A DNA stretch of 64,000 nt from Candidatus Moanibacter sp. Its GTDB lineage: Bacteria; Verrucomicrobiota; Verrucomicrobiia; Opitutales; UBA2987. The translations under genes and the position numbers were made by a program. This document shows, piece by piece, positions 19,665 to 30,341 of this stretch; the first letter of the stretch is position 1; every line of letters starts with the position of its first letter. The notes under the pieces are model-generated. The model saw only the letters and a list, made by a program, of their open reading frames with translations, was not told the origin of the DNA and did no database searches. Location: the NCBI GenBank assembly GCA_965215885.1, contig CBDCEW010000103.1, positions 1-64,000 on the forward strand. Reading direction: 5' to 3'.

Positions 19665-21262
19665 TCAGTAGCGGATGGAATACTGTTCGATTCGCTTTCG
19701 CAATGTCGTTCTGGTAATGCCCAGAATTTTGGCTGCCTGCACCTGGTTGCCGCCCGTTTCCCGCAGGGTGCGCCGAATCATCTCAACTTCGAGTTTGCGT
19801 AGGATGGAAGCATCCGCGAACTTGCGAAGCATACTGTAGACAAGATTATACGACTCCTGAAGTCCGATTTCCGGTAACGATTCGTCCTCGGTTCCCAGAT
19901 CCGGGGGAGCAGAAGCAACCGTTTCTCTTCCCTCAACGGTCGAACGGTCCTGGGCATGGTGCACCTCAGCCGATTCTGCCCACGTTTCCTCTCCACCTCT
20001 CAATTCTTCAATTTCGCTGCTGTGCCCGTCGTACTTTGCCCCAGACGCCACGGAGATCTCCTCGATATCCTTTTTCCTGATATTCTCCGGCAAGTCCTTA
20101 GCAAGAATCATGTCGCCCTGAGCAACAACACCACTGTGCTGGATGACGTTTTCAAGTTCCCGCACGTTGCCCGGCCAACTGTGGCTCTTCAGGATCGAAA
20201 TCGCTTCCTCGGAAAGCCGCCTCACTTTTGTCTGTCCGTTTCGAGCCGCTTTTTGAAGCAGGTAATCGACGAGCTGCGGGACGTCTTCAATGCGATCACG
20301 AAGCGCGGGCAACTCAATCCGAACAACGTTGAGCCGATAGTAGAGATCTTCGCGAAATTGGTTCTTCGTCAACATCTCCTCGAGATTCTTGTTTGTCGCT
20401 GCGATCAGCCGTACATCGACCCTGATTATCTCATTGCCCCCGACCCGCTGGATCTCTCCATCCTGTAGGACCCGAAGTATCTTTGTCTGTGTGACCGCAG
20501 ACATGTCTCCAATCTCATCCAGAAAGATCGTCCCTCTATCGCAGAGTTCGAACTTTCCAACTTTTCGCGATGTCGCTCCGGTAAAAGATCCCTTTTCATG
20601 ACCAAACAATTCGCTCTCAATCAGGTTCTCCGGAATCGCGGCGCAATTCACCGGCAAAAAGCTCTCTTCGGACCGGAGGCTGTGCCTATGGAGGCATCGG
20701 GCTACCAGATCCTTTCCAGTGCCGCTCTCACCCGTAATGAGTACAGTTACGTTTTTCGGGGCAACCTGCCCAATGGTCTTATAGATCCCCTGCATCCGCT
20801 CGGAACTGCCAACCATCCCTTCCTCGTAATCCGCGCTATCAAATATTGCAGCATCCTGTTCATTCATTCTCGCGATACCCTCGTGCGCCTTGAGCGCCGA
20901 ATCTGCCAGTCGAAGTACCCTCTCTGTATCGAAGGGCTTGATGATATAATCGAAAGCGCCAAACTTCATCGCCTCGATCGCCGTCTGACTGCTGCCAAAC
21001 GCTGTCATGAGGATGACGATAGAATTTGGATTCCTGGATAAAAGTTTTTGCAGCGTATCAATACCGGTCAACCCTTCCATTCGATTATCAAGAAAGATCA
21101 CTTCAGGACTCTCCTCTTCGGCTCTTTTGATAGCCCCTCCTCTCCACTTCCCGCCGTGATCACCTGATACGCCCCTTTTGTAAGGACTCGATGGAGCGAG
21201 TACCGCATCTCGGGATCGTCATCGATAACGAGGATCCGTGAATTTTTCCCTTTCGAATTCAC
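19665..21262 (-). CDS. NtrC-like sigma54-dependent response regulator; frameshift near 21135
   Basis: RILVIDDD in another frame from GTG 21262; [27 protein letters not shown], Fis-type HTH. Confidence 0.88.
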
Positions 21263-21314
21263 CGTTTAAATACCAGACGCAAGCAGTCTATCGGACCCAG
21301 AATTCGAGAGTTTT

Positions 21315-21674
21315 CTAGTCAGTCCGTACTTCCACCCGACTGATGAGTCCCCTCGACGAGAAATAAATGCATTCCATCCCAGATCCTTCTTTCGGTTCGC
21401 CACCCCTTTCTTCCGCCGCCCTTCGCACAAAGTCGAACTCCACCCCTCCTGTATCAGTAAGTCGATAGTCGGCAACCTCCCATCGAACATCGTGAAACCT
21501 TCCGAAAAAACCGCGCATCATCTCTGTGATAGCCGCTTTCCCCTGATACAATCCCACATTTGACGAACTGTAAATGGCATCCTCTTCAAACATCGAAAAT
21601 ATCGCCTCCAAATTATGCTCATTTGACAATTCTACATATTTCCTGGCCAGGTTGACACTTTCTTCGGGAGTCAT
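21315..21674 (-). CDS. SnoaL/NTF2-like protein
   Basis: NEHNLEAIFSMFEEDAIY..GKAAI pattern. Confidence 0.7.
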   Translation of the reverse strand: MTPEESVNLARKYVELSNEHNLEAIFSMFEEDAIYSSSNVGLYQGKAAITEMMRGFFGRFHDVRWEVADYRLTDTGGVEFDFVRRAAEERGGEPKEGSGMECIYFSSRGLISRVEVRTD

Positions 21675-21683
21675 TTTCTTCAA

Positions 21684-21781
21684 AGGAATCTGTCGATCTT
21701 ACTTGGGGCGGATTCTCGATCTGAAACCATGAAACCTACACCATTGGGATGTTAGGAATCCTAAGTCCGACAGATTCCTAG
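21684..21781 (-). repeat. MITE family 1 (~100 bp)
   Basis: TIRs AGGAATCTGTCG / CGACAGATTCCTAG; homologous to 26969-27066 and 53631-57577. Confidence 0.85.
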
Positions 21782-22587
21782 TCGGTCAACCTGATTATCC
21801 CTTCTTCCAGAAGCAGCCGATTATTTTCCACATCCGGTTGGCCCGACAACTCCATCTCCTCTAAGGCCGCCTGCCGATCATAGTCAAAGCGAACGACTTC
21901 AATTTCCAAATTCCCCCCTTCTTCCGACACACAGAGAAAACTGCTTCGGATCTCTTCTTCCCCCAATTCTCTTTGACGGCCGCCCTGAAAATGAACTCCG
22001 TCTTTTTTTTCGACCTTGATCAAAGGTAAGCTTATCGAGCCGCAATTGGCGTAGACGGTGCTATTTCTCTCCATAGTATATGCGAAATGCGAATGACTCA
22101 GGACACAAAGGTCCGCTTCTACCCCGGAAAATCTGGATGTCTGTTCTTCTGGTGTGGTCATCCAGGAAGCTGACTCCCCTTCAGGGGTGAGGTGTCCGTG
22201 CATCAATACGATGCGCCTCCCCCTCCATGAAAGATCCAGCCGATGAGGCCGTGATATCAGAAATTCCCGATCTTCTTTCGCCATGCGTTGAAATGCTCCG
22301 ATCTCCGTATAGAGCGGTAATTCGCCCTCGGCATCGCCCAATGCGTCTTCATCATGATTTCCAAGGAAGAAATTCTCGCCCGCCATTCGGCGAATCCAAT
22401 GAAAAACTTCAATTGGTCGCATTCCGGGAAAACAGAAATCGCCGTTAAAGATCACCAGATTGTGTCCCTCAAAGTTGGAGTAGATTGCATCGAACGCCTC
22501 CAACGATTGATAAATTCCGTGGATGTCACTGACGACGATCACCCGCTCCACATCATCATCCACTTCACTTGTAACTGTCCGTAACAT
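21778..22587 (-). CDS. Calcineurin-like metallophosphoesterase
   Basis: SDIHG, GD, GNHD, HG, SHSH motifs. Confidence 0.85.
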   Translation of the reverse strand: MLRTVTSEVDDDVERVIVVSDIHGIYQSLEAFDAIYSNFEGHNLVIFNGDFCFPGMRPIEVFHWIRRMAGENFFLGNHDEDALGDAEGELPLYTEIGAFQRMAKEDREFLISRPHRLDLSWRGRRIVLMHGHLTPEGESASWMTTPEEQTSRFSGVEADLCVLSHSHFAYTMERNSTVYANCGSISLPLIKVEKKDGVHFQGGRQRELGEEEIRSSFLCVSEEGGNLEIEVVRFDYDRQAALEEMELSGQPDVENNRLLLEEGIIRLTD

Positions 22588-22644
22588 AGAACTCTCATCT
22601 TCTTACTACGAATTCTCTTAACCGTGTAAAACAGAAAACCAGCG

Positions 22645-23415
22645 CTAGCGGGGCACCCATTTAGGAGGGCGTTTTTCCAAAAAAGCGGCTATACCCTCAC
22701 TGGCTTCGTCTGTATTGCGCGCTTGCAGATGATACCCGAGCTCACGTTCCAGATCTTCTTCAAGAGTCGCCGGTCCCAGTTCCTCGATGATACGTTTAGT
22801 GCCGGCAAGGGCTTTGGGTGATCCTCGCATAATGGCTCCGGCCAGATTCGTAGATTCATCCAGGAGTTTCCCACGAGTGACCACCCGATTCACAAGGCCG
22901 ATCCGCAGAGCTCTAGCGGTATCGATCATACTTCCCGTAAATAGGAGCTCTCGGAGGTGCCTTTCACTGATTTGGCGGCGAAGAAAGGTCGACACCAAGG
23001 CAGGGACGAGCCCGCGTCGCACTTCCGTGTAAGCAAATTTTGTCTTCTCCTCGGCCACGATCAAATCACAGGCGGTCATGAGACCGGCCCCTCCAGCCAC
23101 TGCCGCGCCATGCACGGCGGCAATAGTTATCAACCGGGTTCGGCCAACCGTGAGGAGCAGTCTAGCAATCATCCTGGCCGATGTATGATTCTCTGTATCC
23201 TCAATCGCCTCCTTTAAATCGAGCCCGGAACAGAACGCCTTTCCCGCTCCTTTCAATATAAGCACACGTTGAATACGCTCGTCTTCCAAAGCCTTTATGC
23301 TATCGCAGAGTTGCTCCATAAGACTAAGACTTAAGGCATTCCGCTTTTCTGGCCGGTTGAGGGTGAGAAGAGTCACACCCGGAGCGAGCTGTTCTGAAAG
23401 GACTAGTTCAGGCAT
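22645..23415 (-). CDS. Enoyl-CoA hydratase (methylglutaconyl-CoA hydratase-like)
   Basis: LNRPEKRNAL, FCSGLDL, AGGAGL, EVRRGL. Confidence 0.88.
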   Translation of the reverse strand: MPELVLSEQLAPGVTLLTLNRPEKRNALSLSLMEQLCDSIKALEDERIQRVLILKGAGKAFCSGLDLKEAIEDTENHTSARMIARLLLTVGRTRLITIAAVHGAAVAGGAGLMTACDLIVAEEKTKFAYTEVRRGLVPALVSTFLRRQISERHLRELLFTGSMIDTARALRIGLVNRVVTRGKLLDESTNLAGAIMRGSPKALAGTKRIIEELGPATLEEDLERELGYHLQARNTDEASEGIAAFLEKRPPKWVPR

Positions 23416-23725
23416 CGAGCACCAATTCCATTTCGAGAAGGGCTTGTCCCAGGGCTTTACCCTGCGCATCGATTCTCAATGAGCGGCTGCCCCCACCGGC
23501 AAGGACGCCAGGGAGGACAAAGTTCAGAGCCTTCAGATTAGGGACTTCATAACGAACTACCTCGCCCACACCCATCGTTTTGAAATACTCTTCAACGCGG
23601 GTGGCAGTCAAGTGCTTCAGCAAGAGATCGAAATCTCTGTTTGAGTTCGCGAATACGGCAATGTTCGCACCGGATCCCTTATCGCCACTTCGGGCGAACG
23701 CGAATTCTCCAAGGCGCACCTTCAT
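23408..23725 (-). CDS. AtuA C-terminal-like small protein
   Basis: ARSGDKG...SLRIDAQGK. Confidence 0.8.
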   Translation of the reverse strand: MKVRLGEFAFARSGDKGSGANIAVFANSNRDFDLLLKHLTATRVEEYFKTMGVGEVVRYEVPNLKALNFVLPGVLAGGGSRSLRIDAQGKALGQALLEMELVLDA

Positions 23726-23769
23726 TTTAATCTTACAGGGTTAGCAGATTCTTGTGAATTCTCTTCAAT

Positions 23770-25131
23770 CTATACTTCTTCGACAAACGGAATGACTCGT
23801 TCTCTTTCCACCAGACAAGGCCAATAGCTGAAAACTGGCTGTATTCTGGGTCGCCCCCCGCCATATCCGGTCACTCCCTGTGGCCCAGCCGTTACCAACG
23901 AAGCGAATTCCCGCCTGAAACATTCGCCCGCCTCACGCCTGGAATCAGCAACACTGACACGCAGAACAGTCTCCAGCAAATCATCTTCGAATGGAAGTGG
24001 GACAACTCCGGGCACGGAAGCGCCCGCGCCCAGACACTCGATAAGCGTATCTCCCGGTTCAAACCCTGAATCTTTCACCTTACCAAGAACGATTGCACCG
24101 CACTTTTTCGCCTTCTCTACCGCATCACGCCCAAAAATGGTAAGCATCCCATGGGCTTTGAATCCATCACGGTAAGTTGCACTCACTTTGAGAGTTGAGG
24201 GCGCGGAACAGCCTGTCGCACCGGAGATTCTCACACGGTCATCTCCCTCTTCAGCGGTTGCAAGCGTAAGAAATGAGACAGTTGCATCGGGACTGAGATA
24301 TTGTCCCGGATTACCAATTTCATAGAGAAGCTGTTCTCTCACCGTATCGATATCTACCCTCCCTCCCGTTCCTTCCGGTTTCGTTATGACAAAAGAACCA
24401 TCTTCGCTCATCTCGACAAAGGGAAATCCTAAGTCCTCGACACCGGGGAGATTCAGCCAATCAGTGGATATACCGCCTGTTACCTGAGTGCCGCATTCAA
24501 TCAAGTGTCCCGCCACCGTGGCGCCCCCGATGCGGTCGTAATCCTCAGCCGACCATCCGAAATGCGCCATGCAGGCTGCCACCGTGAGGCTGGGATCGGC
24601 CACTCGGCCTGTTACGACGATGTCAGCTCCTTCGCCAAGGGCCTGAGCGATGGCTTCCGCCCCAAGATAGGCATTGGCCGTGACGAGTCTGTCGATCACT
24701 GATCCGATGCTTTCACCCGTTTCCAAATTCTTGTAGGATTCGTTTCCACTCTCACTTTTCAGTTGCGAGAGAACATCGTCGCCTCCCACGACATAGATAC
24801 TCAGATCACTACACCCACTTTCACGCAAAACTGACCGGCATGCCTCCCCGCACCCCAACGGATTAAGCCCCCCAGCATTACTTACCAGCCTGGTTTTCAT
24901 TCCCTTTCTCCACAGGGGAACGATTGATCGAACGACATCGACGAAATCGCGCGCGTATCCATCCCAAGGGTCGCGCTCCCTCTGTTCGGCAAGTATCGAA
25001 AGAGACACTTCAGCCAGATAATCGAGGGTAAGGTAATCGAGATCAGGTTGCTGGGAGAGCAGCCTCCCGGGAGCGCCGGGACTGTCCCCCCAGAATGCCT
25101 GCGCGTTACCGATACGAAGAACCTCAGCCAT
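23770..25131 (-). CDS. Acyclic terpene utilization AtuA family protein
   Basis: FWGDS, DYLAE, NAGGLNP, TGRVAD, GHLIECGTQ. Confidence 0.9.
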   Translation of the reverse strand: MAEVLRIGNAQAFWGDSPGAPGRLLSQQPDLDYLTLDYLAEVSLSILAEQRERDPWDGYARDFVDVVRSIVPLWRKGMKTRLVSNAGGLNPLGCGEACRSVLRESGCSDLSIYVVGGDDVLSQLKSESGNESYKNLETGESIGSVIDRLVTANAYLGAEAIAQALGEGADIVVTGRVADPSLTVAACMAHFGWSAEDYDRIGGATVAGHLIECGTQVTGGISTDWLNLPGVEDLGFPFVEMSEDGSFVITKPEGTGGRVDIDTVREQLLYEIGNPGQYLSPDATVSFLTLATAEEGDDRVRISGATGCSAPSTLKVSATYRDGFKAHGMLTIFGRDAVEKAKKCGAIVLGKVKDSGFEPGDTLIECLGAGASVPGVVPLPFEDDLLETVLRVSVADSRREAGECFRREFASLVTAGPQGVTGYGGGRPRIQPVFSYWPCLVERERVIPFVEEV

Positions 25132-25140
25132 GAAAAACTC

Positions 25141-25231
25141 CCACGTTCTTGTCCCGCTGGGAGGGACGGCTACTGGACTTTGTAAGTCGTTGATATATGT
25201 AGCCGTCCCACCCAGCGGGACAAGAACGTGG
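25141..25231. repeat. Inverted GTAG-REP pair flanking an IHF consensus site, copy B
   Basis: 33-bp arms 25141-25173 and 25199-25231 (1 mismatch); TAAGTCGTTGATA at 25183-25195. Confidence 0.8.
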
Positions 25232-25299
25232 TCGCGGATTCCGAATGGACGACTTTTTCAGCAGAATCAACATCAGAACAGTAGCCGTAAAGGCCTAAT

Positions 25300-26928
25300 T
25301 TACACCTGCAGCACCCCGGAATGAAACCGCTTCTCAGGCCGCTTGCGCTTTACAAGATCGAGTACCGTTATCAGCACCTCCCGTGTCTGGTCCGGTTGAA
25401 TAATGGCATCGACCCATCCCCGTGCCGCCCCATATCGAATATCAGATTGAGCCTCATACTGTTTTCGTGCCGTCTCCCGCAATTTCTCCAAATCCTCGCT
25501 CTTCTCTCCTTCGCCCTCGAGTTTCTTTGAGCGGGCCATTATGGAATACAGGGTATCGGACGCTTGATCGGGTCCCATGACCGCATATTTTGCGCTGGGC
25601 CAGGCAAATATGAATCGCGGATCGTAGGCTTTTCCGCACAATGCGTAGTTTCCCGCTCCGAAAGAGCCGCCGGCGATCACCGTGATTTTTGGTACGATGG
25701 TATTGCTAACTGTGTTTACGAGTTTGGCCCCGCTCCGGATGATTCCCGACTGCTCGGCATCCCGCCCCACCATAAAACCCACGACGTCCTGAAAAAAGAT
25801 GATGGGCAACCCTGTCTGATTGCAGTCCATGATAAAGCGCGCCGCTTTTTCCGCCCCGTCAGAATAGATTACGCTAGCCATCTGAATACCTGCCCTATCG
25901 GAACGCGTTCGCATACGCTGGTTGGCAACAATACCCACGGGAGCCCCTCCAATGGTTGCATAAATCGTGACGAGCGACCTGCCGTAGCTGGCTTTGTATT
26001 CATCCATGGATCCGGCATCGACGATACATGCCAGGAGCTGTCGGGAGTCGTATTCTCTCCTCCCATCAAGACTGACCATACCAAAGAGCAGGTCGGGATC
26101 CGACTCGACTTCAGGAAGCCGCCCAGGATCCACCGATGATCCCGTCTCTGCCCGAGGCAACAAGCCAACGAGCTTTCTTAGGTGTCCTAGACATTCTTCG
26201 TCGTTAGGTTCATGAAAATCGACGGTGCCACTGATTTCAGCATGCATCTTCGATCCGCCTAACTCTTCAGGATCGACATCCTGACCAATCGCCGCTTTCA
26301 CGAGGGCAGGTCCAGCCAGATACAAGCCACTTCCCTCGGTCATCAGTGTCTTGTCACAAAGGACGGGAAGGTAGGCACCCCCCGCCACACAGTTTCCCAT
26401 GATGGCCGCATACTGGGGAATTCCGGCCGCGGAAAGTACCGAATTGTTTCGGAAGATTCTACCGAAATCATCTTCGTCGGGAAACACCTCGTCCTGCAGA
26501 GGTAGAAAAACGCCTGAAGAGTCGACCAGGTAAATGATTGGCAGTGAGCATTCGAAGGCAATACGTTGCGCTCGCAGCACCTTCTTGACGGATTGCGGGA
26601 AGAGTGCCCCGGCTTTCACCGTAGCGTCGTTAGCGATTAACATACAGGGCCTTCCCGAGACTGGACCGATCCCGGTTATCACCCCGGCGGCGGGTATTCT
26701 TCCCCACTCCTCGTACATACCGTAGGCCGCCCAAAGACCCAGCTCCAGGAAGTAGCTCTTATGGTCTAGGAGAAGGGATAGACGCTCGCGAACCGGTAGC
26801 CGACCATGCCTTCTTTGTCTCTCATGGCCCGAATCTCCTCCCCCCTGGCGTAGTACATTCTCCTCGTCCTGAATCGACCGGCATCGCTGCCGAAATGCGT
26901 TGGATTCGCTTCGAGACGGTGCTGGCAT
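25300..26928 (-). CDS. Acyl-CoA carboxylase carboxyltransferase subunit (MCC/GCC beta-like)
   Basis: ANDATVKAG, GNCVAGGAY, GFMVG, GGSFGAGNY. Confidence 0.9.
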   Translation of the reverse strand: MPAPSRSESNAFRQRCRSIQDEENVLRQGGGDSGHERQRRHGRLPVRERLSLLLDHKSYFLELGLWAAYGMYEEWGRIPAAGVITGIGPVSGRPCMLIANDATVKAGALFPQSVKKVLRAQRIAFECSLPIIYLVDSSGVFLPLQDEVFPDEDDFGRIFRNNSVLSAAGIPQYAAIMGNCVAGGAYLPVLCDKTLMTEGSGLYLAGPALVKAAIGQDVDPEELGGSKMHAEISGTVDFHEPNDEECLGHLRKLVGLLPRAETGSSVDPGRLPEVESDPDLLFGMVSLDGRREYDSRQLLACIVDAGSMDEYKASYGRSLVTIYATIGGAPVGIVANQRMRTRSDRAGIQMASVIYSDGAEKAARFIMDCNQTGLPIIFFQDVVGFMVGRDAEQSGIIRSGAKLVNTVSNTIVPKITVIAGGSFGAGNYALCGKAYDPRFIFAWPSAKYAVMGPDQASDTLYSIMARSKKLEGEGEKSEDLEKLRETARKQYEAQSDIRYGAARGWVDAIIQPDQTREVLITVLDLVKRKRPEKRFHSGVLQV

Positions 26929-26968
26929 CTAATTCCCCCAGAATGGCTCTTGATAGATTTTCGTGCCG

Positions 26969-27066
26969 CTAGGAATCTGTCGGACTTAGCTTTGTGAACA
27001 TCCCTGAGTTACGGACTTATAAGCGACGGATCGAGATTCCGACAGAGATGGGACCGACAGATTCCT
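26969..27066 (+). repeat. MITE family 1
   Basis: CTAGGAATCTGTCGGAC...GACCGACAGATTCCT. Confidence 0.85.
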
Positions 27067-27136
27067 CCGGAGCTGCATTTGCAAGATAATTCTGCGTTTA
27101 TCGGAGTTTAAATGAAAGGAAAAGCGAAACTCCAGC

Positions 27137-27742
27137 TTATCCAAATCGTTCCTCCATCTTCTGGAGTCTCTCCTCGAGCATGATATTGAGAATCCCGTCT
27201 CCCGCACGGGTGAGGAATTCGTTACAGTCCGCTTTGCCATGCACCTGGTTTTTCGCCATACGCTTCCAGACCGGTGGCATCTGCTCGATTCTGTTCACCA
27301 TACCACCGTAGGAATCTTCCGAAACATAGAGCACCCTTCCCACTCCGGAACCCAGCAGGCGAGCGAGGCACATGGGGCATGATTCCAAAGACGTATATAG
27401 GGTGAAAGTTCCCAGAATCCTCCGTTCCTTATGATTCTCTTCGAAACGATTCATGACAAGCATTTCGGCATGGAGATCGCTGCGATAATAAGGTTCCAAG
27501 ACCTCATTGTGCGCCATTTCCACAATCTTCCCTTTCCCATCCAAAAGCAGGCTGCCGATGCCGAAATTTCCTCTATCTACCGCCTGAAGCGCCAACACAC
27601 AGACAAGCCAGGCATACGGATCATCCTCTTTGCTCGGGTCAAAACAGTAGGCGCTTAGAGTTTCACTCCATTCTTCGATCTGACGGTGCTGAGCCTGAAG
27701 GGTGCGAAGAATCTCCTCCCCCAAAGCAGGTATCACTTTCAT
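27137..27742 (-). CDS. Zinc-dependent nucleoside/nucleobase deaminase
   Basis: HAE and SCPMC motifs. Confidence 0.8.
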   Translation of the reverse strand: MKVIPALGEEILRTLQAQHRQIEEWSETLSAYCFDPSKEDDPYAWLVCVLALQAVDRGNFGIGSLLLDGKGKIVEMAHNEVLEPYYRSDLHAEMLVMNRFEENHKERRILGTFTLYTSLESCPMCLARLLGSGVGRVLYVSEDSYGGMVNRIEQMPPVWKRMAKNQVHGKADCNEFLTRAGDGILNIMLEERLQKMEERFG

Positions 27743-27839
27743 ATTAATAAACTCTCACTCGCACTTCTGAGTTGCTCGAACGGTGATCAGAATGATAGGG
27801 TGCAATCTGCGAAATCCGCGAAAAAATAGAATTCCTGGC

Positions 27840-28271
27840 ATGGCCCGAAAAACGACAAGAAAAACCGATCTGAAAGATCTCACACTCCTGGGAGAAGGAA
27901 AAACAAAACCCACCAGGAAACTCGAGACTTTTCCCAACAAACACCGGGGTCGCGACTACGTTGTTACCCTCAAAACGGATGAATTCACCTGCATATGCCC
28001 GGCAACGGGACAACCGGACTTCGCCAACATTACGATAAACTATACCCCAGACAAGAGTATCGTCGAATCAAAGAGCCTCAAACTGTATTTCTGGAGCTAC
28101 CGAAACGAAGGGGTGTTTCATGAACATCTGGCAAACCTAATTCTTGACGATCTAGTCCAAACTCTGGACCCAATATGGTGCCGGGTGATGGCCGAGTTTA
28201 AGGTCCGCGGTGGTATCGCCATCAAGGTGAATGCGGAGCATCGGAAAAGGAATCTGTCAGACCCTGGGTAG
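27840..28271 (+). CDS. queF: preQ1 synthase (NADPH-dependent nitrile reductase)
   Basis: EFTCICPATGQPDF, VESKSLKLY, FHE, RGGI. Confidence 0.95.
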   Translation: MARKTTRKTDLKDLTLLGEGKTKPTRKLETFPNKHRGRDYVVTLKTDEFTCICPATGQPDFANITINYTPDKSIVESKSLKLYFWSYRNEGVFHEHLANLILDDLVQTLDPIWCRVMAEFKVRGGIAIKVNAEHRKRNLSDPG

Positions 28272-28316
28272 AGCCTGGAAATCTCACAAGATATCCAGGC
28301 TCAAAACAGATTCCTA
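28248..28316. repeat. Short degenerate MITE family 1 copy spanning the queF end and the pgm stop
   Basis: AGGAATCTGTCAGAC...ACAGATTCCTA with an internal GAGCCTGGA/TCCAGGCTC hairpin. Confidence 0.6.
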
Positions 28317-30278
28317 CCCGGCACGCGTCCGCGCATCGGATTCTACCGCCACCTTCAGTTCTTCCAATGTGCGCGCCGCCTTTTCTTTTGCTTCCGCAAG
28401 TGCAGCTGGTTCCGGAACATCCTCACGCGCAAAGAAGTAGAACTTAATCTTCGGTTCCGTCCCGCTGCCACGAACGGCGTAGGAGTAGCCATTGTCCAAT
28501 TCGAGAAAATAAAAGTCCTGTTTAGGTATCAAATGTCCGTCGGCATCCGTTATCTGATCAGTGCCGAAATCGGTAAATTCGGTTACCGAAAAGACGCCCA
28601 TCACTGTCGGTGGATGGCTGCGGTAGGAATCCAGGATCTTCGCGATACTTGTGGCTCCGGAGGCTCCACCATAGGCCAGATTGAGCAACTGTTCGAGGAA
28701 GTATCCGTGGTTAAGATAAATTTGATCGAGATACTCAGTGCAGCTCTTGTTTTGACTCTTAAGATCTGCCGCCAATTCACAGAACATGATCACGGCAGCG
28801 TTAGCGTCCTTATCCCGAACCCGGTCGCTGGCAAGATATCCATAGCTCTCTTCTCCCCCAAAGACGAAATAAGTGCTGTGATTCAACATCAGCTCTCTTC
28901 TTTCGTTGTGATCAATGCTGTCGTAATCGGCTGAAACGCCCCCTTCCCGAGAAAGCGCGCAGAGCAACTCATCTTCGTAAGCTTTCAACTTTTCTCCAAT
29001 GAATTTGAATCCCGTCAGGGTATCAATTACCTTCAACCCGTGGGCATGAGCAATGGCCGACTGAAGCGGCGTCGTTACAAAGGTCTTTATTATCGCAGCC
29101 GAACCGACACTTTCGGGAGGGAGCCAGCCCATACACTTAAGTTTGCTGATCCGATATTCAATCAGCAGGGCGCCGATCATGTTTCCCGTCAGCTGTACCA
29201 TTTCACCCTTGTCGTTCCGAACCGCCACTCCCATACGGTCCGCATCCGGATCCGCCGCCAGAACGGCGTCGGCCGCGACTTCTCCGGCCCTGGCGACGGC
29301 GAGGTTCAACGCCTCGAAGTTTTCTGGATTTGGCGAACTCACAGTCGGAAATCGCGGGTCCATTTCCATCTGCTCCTCGACTGTAACCAGTTCAACGCCG
29401 AACCGCTCCATCAACGGTATCGACATGACTCCCCCTGTGCCATGGATTGGCGTATATACTATCTTCGGAGGGGTAGATCGGATGGCATCGGGATCAATCA
29501 CATTCTCCTTCAAGACCTCGAAGTAGGCATCATCGATAGACGCCGGAAGCGTTGCAACCCCCTCCAAACGCTTCTCCAGAAAGGTTGCTATTTCTTTCAA
29601 ATCCACCCGGTAGACTTCACGAATAATTCCTTCGGCGTGAGGCGATACCACCTGGCCGCCGTCCGAGAAATAGACTTTGTAGCCATTATCCCAGGGAGGA
29701 TTGTGGCTTGCAGTAATAACGATACCGGCCGCTGCGCGAAGATGCCTTACCGAAAAGCTCAACTGTGGAGTCGAGCGCGGACCATCAAAAATGAATGCCC
29801 GACCCCCGAGCCGAATCCAAGTCGAGGCCGTAAGTTCGCAAAAATGGCGTGAAAAATGCCGCACATCGTATGCGATAACAAGCTTGGGGCCTTCCCCAGG
29901 TAAGGGAATTTCGCTCATTTGATCGCCACAGTAGCGATACAGGCCAATGGTGGCGCGTACGATATTAAAATCATTCAATACCGCGCTCCCTACGGCCGGT
30001 CTCGCCGGCGTGCCTTGCGGTGACAGCTCTCCCCGCTCCTGGCTCGTCGGGGTATTTGCTATGGTGCGTCCACGCATTCCCCCAGTACCAAATTCAAGGT
30101 ATCGGTAGAATCGATCGTCTAATTCTTCCCAGGCCGACTGCCTGACTAATTCTTCGATACTGGCAACAGCCCAGTCAGGAAGAAACTCACTCCGTAACCA
30201 GGTTGAGATATTCTCGACCGTCGATCCTCTGAGACGCCCATTTTCCCCGGCCCACTGAACTCTCTTCAAAATTTCCAT
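28314..30278 (-). CDS. pgm: Phosphoglucomutase/phosphomannomutase
   Basis: FGTGGMRG, TASHNP, DPDADR, GEESYG, RGSGTEPKIK. Confidence 0.9.
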   Translation of the reverse strand: MEILKRVQWAGENGRLRGSTVENISTWLRSEFLPDWAVASIEELVRQSAWEELDDRFYRYLEFGTGGMRGRTIANTPTSQERGELSPQGTPARPAVGSAVLNDFNIVRATIGLYRYCGDQMSEIPLPGEGPKLVIAYDVRHFSRHFCELTASTWIRLGGRAFIFDGPRSTPQLSFSVRHLRAAAGIVITASHNPPWDNGYKVYFSDGGQVVSPHAEGIIREVYRVDLKEIATFLEKRLEGVATLPASIDDAYFEVLKENVIDPDAIRSTPPKIVYTPIHGTGGVMSIPLMERFGVELVTVEEQMEMDPRFPTVSSPNPENFEALNLAVARAGEVAADAVLAADPDADRMGVAVRNDKGEMVQLTGNMIGALLIEYRISKLKCMGWLPPESVGSAAIIKTFVTTPLQSAIAHAHGLKVIDTLTGFKFIGEKLKAYEDELLCALSREGGVSADYDSIDHNERRELMLNHSTYFVFGGEESYGYLASDRVRDKDANAAVIMFCELAADLKSQNKSCTEYLDQIYLNHGYFLEQLLNLAYGGASGATSIAKILDSYRSHPPTVMGVFSVTEFTDFGTDQITDADGHLIPKQDFYFLELDNGYSYAVRGSGTEPKIKFYFFAREDVPEPAALAEAKEKAARTLEELKVAVESDARTRAG

Positions 30279-30341
30279 TCACCGGGTCAATCTCACCCTT
30301 CCTACTCCTCATTCGGTAAAGTTCGCGAAGAAAGTGTAGAT

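Noticed and set aside
27743..27839. preQ1 riboswitch upstream of queF
   Set aside because: No class I stem-loop core with a matching A-rich tail was recognisable
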